Shown here: positions 34,851 through 39,688 of the stretch, in pieces
Layout of the letters: every line of letters starts with the position of its first letter
Numbering within the stretch: the stretch's first letter is position 1
NCBI GenBank assembly: GCA_032718475.1
Contig: JAUCBJ010005193.1
Location: 1-39,688 of the forward strand
DNA from: Nemertoderma westbladi
Lineage: Eukaryota; Animalia; Xenacoelomorpha
Direction: 5' to 3'
Length of the DNA: 39,688 nt
Made by a program: the position numbers and the translations under genes
Notes under the pieces: generated by a model
The model's input: the letters and a program-made list of their open reading frames with translations, nothing else
The model's database searches: none
What the model was told of the DNA's origin: nothing

Positions 34851-36399
34851 ATATCGTTTTATCCAACCAAATTTTATTTTTGCCGTTTGAAATTTTATGC
34901 TACTTGTATTTTTCGAATCAAAATTGAGTGAGGAGGAGAGGCGATCGTCTAAAATAGAGACGCCAGATATCTTGGTACAACTTAGCTCGCAGATGTACCA
35001 AGGGTGGGTAGTGACAGCAGGCCCAGAGGTGCCAGTCTGGAAAACTGGTCCCAGAAAAAATATAACACCCCACATTCAATATTAGATTGGATTCCAGCGG
35101 AATGGATCGCACTATGAGGTTGAGAGATTCTGTGAGGTCCTATCTAAGATAAATAACTGGCCAACTAAATTAAGGAGCTTTGCAGCAGCTTGGTGGGTCG
35201 TATCTATAGTAGGTCATGTTTTTCCTTTTCCTTTCTCAAAATTTGCCCAAGCATAAAAAAAAGGGCGCAAAAAACATGCTCTGCCACCACTGGCAATGTA
35301 CGAACACCCACAAATGGAGTAGAAAAACAAATAGAGGCCAACAAAATAGTGCATATTTACTGTAAGTAAAACAGAAGAGTAGGCACGACGATAGCAAATT
35401 TGTTTGCATCATTTGTTTGTAGTCTCAGCCCTAGTACAGCTTGGCTCCTACTTGCTGTATTATTACCTACAGGCAGTTCAATATTATTTTAGGCTTACTG
35501 TATGTAAAATTACCATTTAAGTGCGCTGTAGGCCTAATGTAATAGATTAGATAGAGTGATTAGACCTGGAACTGTAGTGCACCCAAAAAACCGTTACTAA
35601 ATAGTAGCGTACCATAGGCCTACTGTCTAGGCAGTGGCGCGAATGGGAGATTGTAGTACGCTCCAGTCAGGAAGGGGTTAATGGCAGGCCTACAAATATT
35701 ACTCAGAGTATGAAAAAACTAATAAAAATAGGAATTAAAATTTTGAGTATATGTACTGAAATAATATGTGATCGTCGTGCATTTTCTCATAGTTTCTTAA
35801 TATCAGATATTGCTATGAAGTTATTAAATGTCTGTTATGATTATTCCAGTTGAAGTTCTTCCATCTATGTAAGTATACGCTTACTCTACTTCCTTTGATA
35901 TTTCTACTTTTTGTCCCGCACTTTATTTAAAGTGCAGGACACCTGTTTACCACAACACAAAACACCACAAACAAACTAAGTACTCCAGATTACAAATACA
36001 ATTATTTGTGCTTTCCATACGACATAACATCATTCTATTATAATATGTATATCCTGTACAAACAAAAAATGGTGTTCAGCGTAAAGTGCGAGCAATTTTG
36101 TTGTGGTTTTTTGTATTAAATTCGTAAACCGCATCATATATTGGTTCTGAAAATTGATATGAGAAGCAATAATTCACTTTTTTCAAAATTGGCACTGCTG
36201 TTGACATTAGCGTGGAATGAGTCAGTACTGTACAGTTTGTTGTCATTGGATGGGACCCTTTAGCCTTGCTTTGCCTAGCCTATATATCCTAGCCTTGGCA
36301 ACCTAGGTCTCCTAGCAACCAGCTGATGCCAAGCCTAATAATTTTTGGATAGATAAATTTATTATAACTGCAAGACAGTTACACAGATGCTGCACGAAG

Positions 36400-36613
36400 A
36401 CCCCACGCAAATTCAACTTGGAACATTTCTAAACTTTTGCCAGACTACATAATATGTACCAAGTTTGGATATATTTTATCAAGATTTGGCTGAGTTATTA
36501 ACGTTTAAAATTGGACACAACAGATCAACAGAGCAACAGACACCGATTGAGTTAGTCAGTTAGTGGTACTGTACCTGTATGCTAAGCTTGCTTACTTTCG
36601 TCGCCCGCCCCAC
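36400..36613 (+). mobile_element. Interspersed repeat (DINE/HINE Helitron-like), copy 2
   Basis: Homologous to 31236-31425. Confidence 0.65.
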
Positions 36614-37236
36614 AATGCTAATAAATACTGTAGCCAACCCTACCCCTACATAGCTAGAGCTACATACACAGATCAGCAGATATTATGTAGCTGTAGGGTA
36701 CCACCTGTGGTATAGAGTTAGACTAGACAGTTTTGCCGCTTCTGATTCTACTGCTGTTGTGCTGTTCTGTACTGCTGTACTGTCTGACTGCAGACTGGGG
36801 CACACTGACTGGACAGTGACAGTGCACACTTCGTTCACAAAAATTGTAAAAATCCTAAAAAAGTCTGTGGTCTGAGACTACATCTCTAATCTGCTAATGG
36901 AAGCTTTTGTCTGGGTCAGGTCAGGTTGCTGGGTTGTGTTTACTGTTTATCTGTTTATACACCTGTCAGCCTGTACACCAATACTGCTTTCTGGTGAACC
37001 GGTACAATAAATAAAATAGACCTAATACTGCTGTACTGTGTACTGTAATAGTTGAAAGTAATATAATATAGTAGTAGGCCTACTACTGTACTACAGTTGT
37101 TAATAATTCAGTGCCCCTGAAACCGGAAAGAGCCGCAGACTGAGACTGTCAACTGTGTGCAGTGTCAGAGTGTCACTCAGTGCACAGTGCACTGGTGCAG
37201 CAGTGCTGTCTGTAGTGACTGGTGTAGCAAAGAAAC

Positions 37237-38192
37237 ATGTTGATTTATTATTTTACCGCTGTTTCGCTTCTGGTGTTCACCGCTGCGGGTAACTCATCTG
37301 TTACCGTTTCCGTGGATTCCATCCTCATCCATCAACTCCCGTCTCCACATTCCGACCCGTACGACCTAACTCTTGTACAGGAAGGTTTTCCCGGAGCTCC
37401 AAACTGGCTGAAGTCGACGAGGTCCGACAATAACACCGTGATCGTCTACGGTAAACCGACACCCGACACTCAGTTGGGAAAGTTCTCATTAATAATTGTG
37501 TTCAGTAATAAACGAACTCGGGATAAGGATTTCTTTCCGTTGACAATTGATATCGTAAAACCAATAGAATTTCAAACAGAAATAAAGCTGCGTTTACAAT
37601 TGAATTTTTTCGAAGCGTTAAAATCATCGAATTTGTTACTAAAATATTTGGACTCTGTGTGGAATGTAGATGGGAACACTAAGTTCCAACTAATGAACGT
37701 AGTTGAAGGAAGTCGGGGTTCTGTGGTGAGCGTTCGGTGTTCCACACTGCCGATACCGGAAGCCGAGAAACTGATGAGTATTATAGGAGAGGAGGGGGAG
37801 TGTAGCGAAGAAGAAGTTGCCGAGAAACTCCGGGAATCCGTTCCCGGGTTCCTCGAGCAGTTCCACTCGTTGGATATCGAATGGTGCGGCTGCTACTTCG
37901 GCAGTCTCGCTACTGAGCCGGTGGTACGCGTTCCGTTCGTTCCCTACGTTCCGTACGCGGCTCCACCGTTCCCCACGTCGCATCGCGACCTCAGCTTGGA
38001 GTTTCTCGTTTCGGTCGGGATCCCCGCGGGCCTCGCCGTGCTCCTCTTCGTCGCGATCAGTTGTATTTCCTTCGGTGGCTGCGGCGAACGGGACCGCGGG
38101 TTTACCGGACGCCGACGTCTCGCCGGCGATTCCGATGATTTATCGCGACACAGTTCGATAACCCGGGCCAGTCGTGATATACGGGGGATGAG
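37237..38192 (+). CDS. Alpha/epsilon-sarcoglycan-like protein, coding exon 1
   Basis: Signal peptide; cadherin-like domain motifs GFPGAPNWL, VYGKPT and NKRT; four extracellular Cys; TM FLVSVGIPAGLAVLLFVAISCI; cytoplasmic RHSSITRASRDIRGM resembling the SGCA/SGCE motif. Donor AG|GTCCGT at 38193 (phase 2). Confidence 0.85.
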
Positions 38193-39009
38193 GTCCGTTT
38201 GTTATTATATTATTTATTTAGTTATTATTTCATTTATGTTTAGGGCCTATTAACAAACAATATAATGATTCTTCGATTAACCGAGATTATTAAGTAGAGA
38301 GATATTAAATTAAATCAAATTAAGGGTTGATTTGCATTACTAACATTTTAAAAATTAAGTCTTAAATCTTAAAGTTATACCGATCTTCATGACACAATGT
38401 TCAGAACAAGACTAAAGTGCTGAATTCAGGATTCATTGCCTAATTGTTTGAGATTTTAAACCGAGATAATATTTGTATAAATTTATGAAAGAAAGCAGCG
38501 CGCACCGCAGTTTTACTTTTATAGACCCTAGTTACAGTTTTGGTAATGTTCTATATCGTAACGGTACAGATTGAAAGGAGGAGTCGTACAAATCTAAAAT
38601 TAATTTATAAATTATTTGCTGATAATTTTGCCTTTTTATAAGTGCCGGTATTTTCATCCACTCGAGAATCACAAAATATTCAAGAACTCCAAATGAACTA
38701 AATAGAACTAGCGATACGACGTCCCTGGAGATTTTGTGAATAAATAAATAAATAAATACCCTTCCAACTTTCGAAACCGCACTGAATCTTGCAATTGCAA
38801 CAACGGCGGTGTAACTGATGCAATATCGACGGAGACACCTTTTTTTAAACGTTATCACGAGTTGTACTACAGTACTTTATTCTACTATAGTACCTTATCA
38901 TACTTCATTGTATTACAGTACTTTTCCGTACTTTATTTTACTACAAGCAATACTTTACCGTACCGGTACTTATCTTATTTCTAACTTCCGCTGTTTCCTT
39001 CCCTTCCAG

Positions 39010-39331
39010 GACCAGCAGTCAGTCCTCCATGGTGGAACTCGGAACAACCCCCCGTATAGTTCCGCGTTCCACCTCCTACCCCCAACGCTTCGACCCGTAC
39101 CATCACGGGGAGACGTTCCACCCGCTAGACAGTCCGCCGTACACCCGTCGCAGACCGGCCAGTGCCAGCGGTCACCGCCCCTCGCGGGTACACGAGACAA
39201 GCTTCACTCAGCCAATGGGAGGCGGGGAACGGGTGGCGGGGGGTTTAAATCAACGTCCCCATAATATTGCGGGTACGCGTTCTGTTGAAGAAGTCCGACC
39301 TTTGTTCCCAATGCGACAAATAGACGTGTAA
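39010..39331 (+). CDS. Alpha/epsilon-sarcoglycan-like protein, coding exon 2 (cytoplasmic tail)
   Basis: Branch-like TTCTAAC, a pyrimidine tract and CAG at 39007-39009. Splicing from 38192 gives in-frame R-TSSQSS-MVELG...DSPPY...RQIDV-stop, 425 aa in total. Confidence 0.8.
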
Positions 39332-39688
39332 ATTATTAACAATAATTAACTTATGGCCGTATATGTTTATGTTATATAGGATAGGTAGGATTCCATTCCC
39401 AACTTAATTTATTGTAAATAGATAATTTAATGACGTCTCTACTTAGTTACATCAACTTTTTCAGTTCTATAAAAAACATTTCCCGATGTTCAATAACTGA
39501 GACGTTTTGCATCTCAGAATAGAATTTAATCTAATCTAGAAGCTTTCTATCTGTTGGCATGATAGATGGGCTTAGCTGACGAATTCTTTGTGTTACTTAA
39601 ATAATAGACTACAGATTTAAAAATATCTATAGTCCGGAAAGGTAAAAAAACAGACCGCGTGGTAAATTAAAATTAAACAAGCGGGAAA

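Larger units (their letters stand above)
33686..35218. mobile_element. Non-autonomous DNA transposon, P-superfamily-like
   Basis: About 85-bp TIRs starting CATGAC and ending GTCATG; 7-bp TSD TTTTTCC at 33679-33685 and 35219-35225. Confidence 0.8.

Noticed and set aside
38193-38253. Hydrophobic end of the 338-aa ORF as a second TM helix
   Set aside because: It is read-through into the AT-rich intron after the donor site at 38193.

Overview
AT-rich, repeat-dense animal (invertebrate-type) nuclear DNA, not prokaryotic. There are two host genes: an intronless class A 7TM GPCR (minus, 8737-10035) and a two-exon alpha/epsilon-sarcoglycan-like gene (plus, 37237-39331). The centre is a complete 15.66-kb BEL/Pao LTR retrotransposon on the minus strand (13670-29330), with 1162-bp LTRs about 99% identical, a GGCCT target duplication and a disrupted gag-pol. 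It sits inside a non-autonomous DNA element with long TIRs, followed end-to-end by a decayed piggyBac and a P-like element carrying a LINE 3' end. Also present are three tandem arrays, tRNA-derived SINEs and nested hAT-type MITEs. The most unusual feature is the BEL element itself. It has no tRNA primer-binding site; instead, the 11 nt after its 5' LTR are perfectly complementary to an 11-mer inside the LTR, suggesting Tf1-like self-priming. It also carries an extra non-env ORF behind pol, preceded by a spacer with apparent RNA structures.
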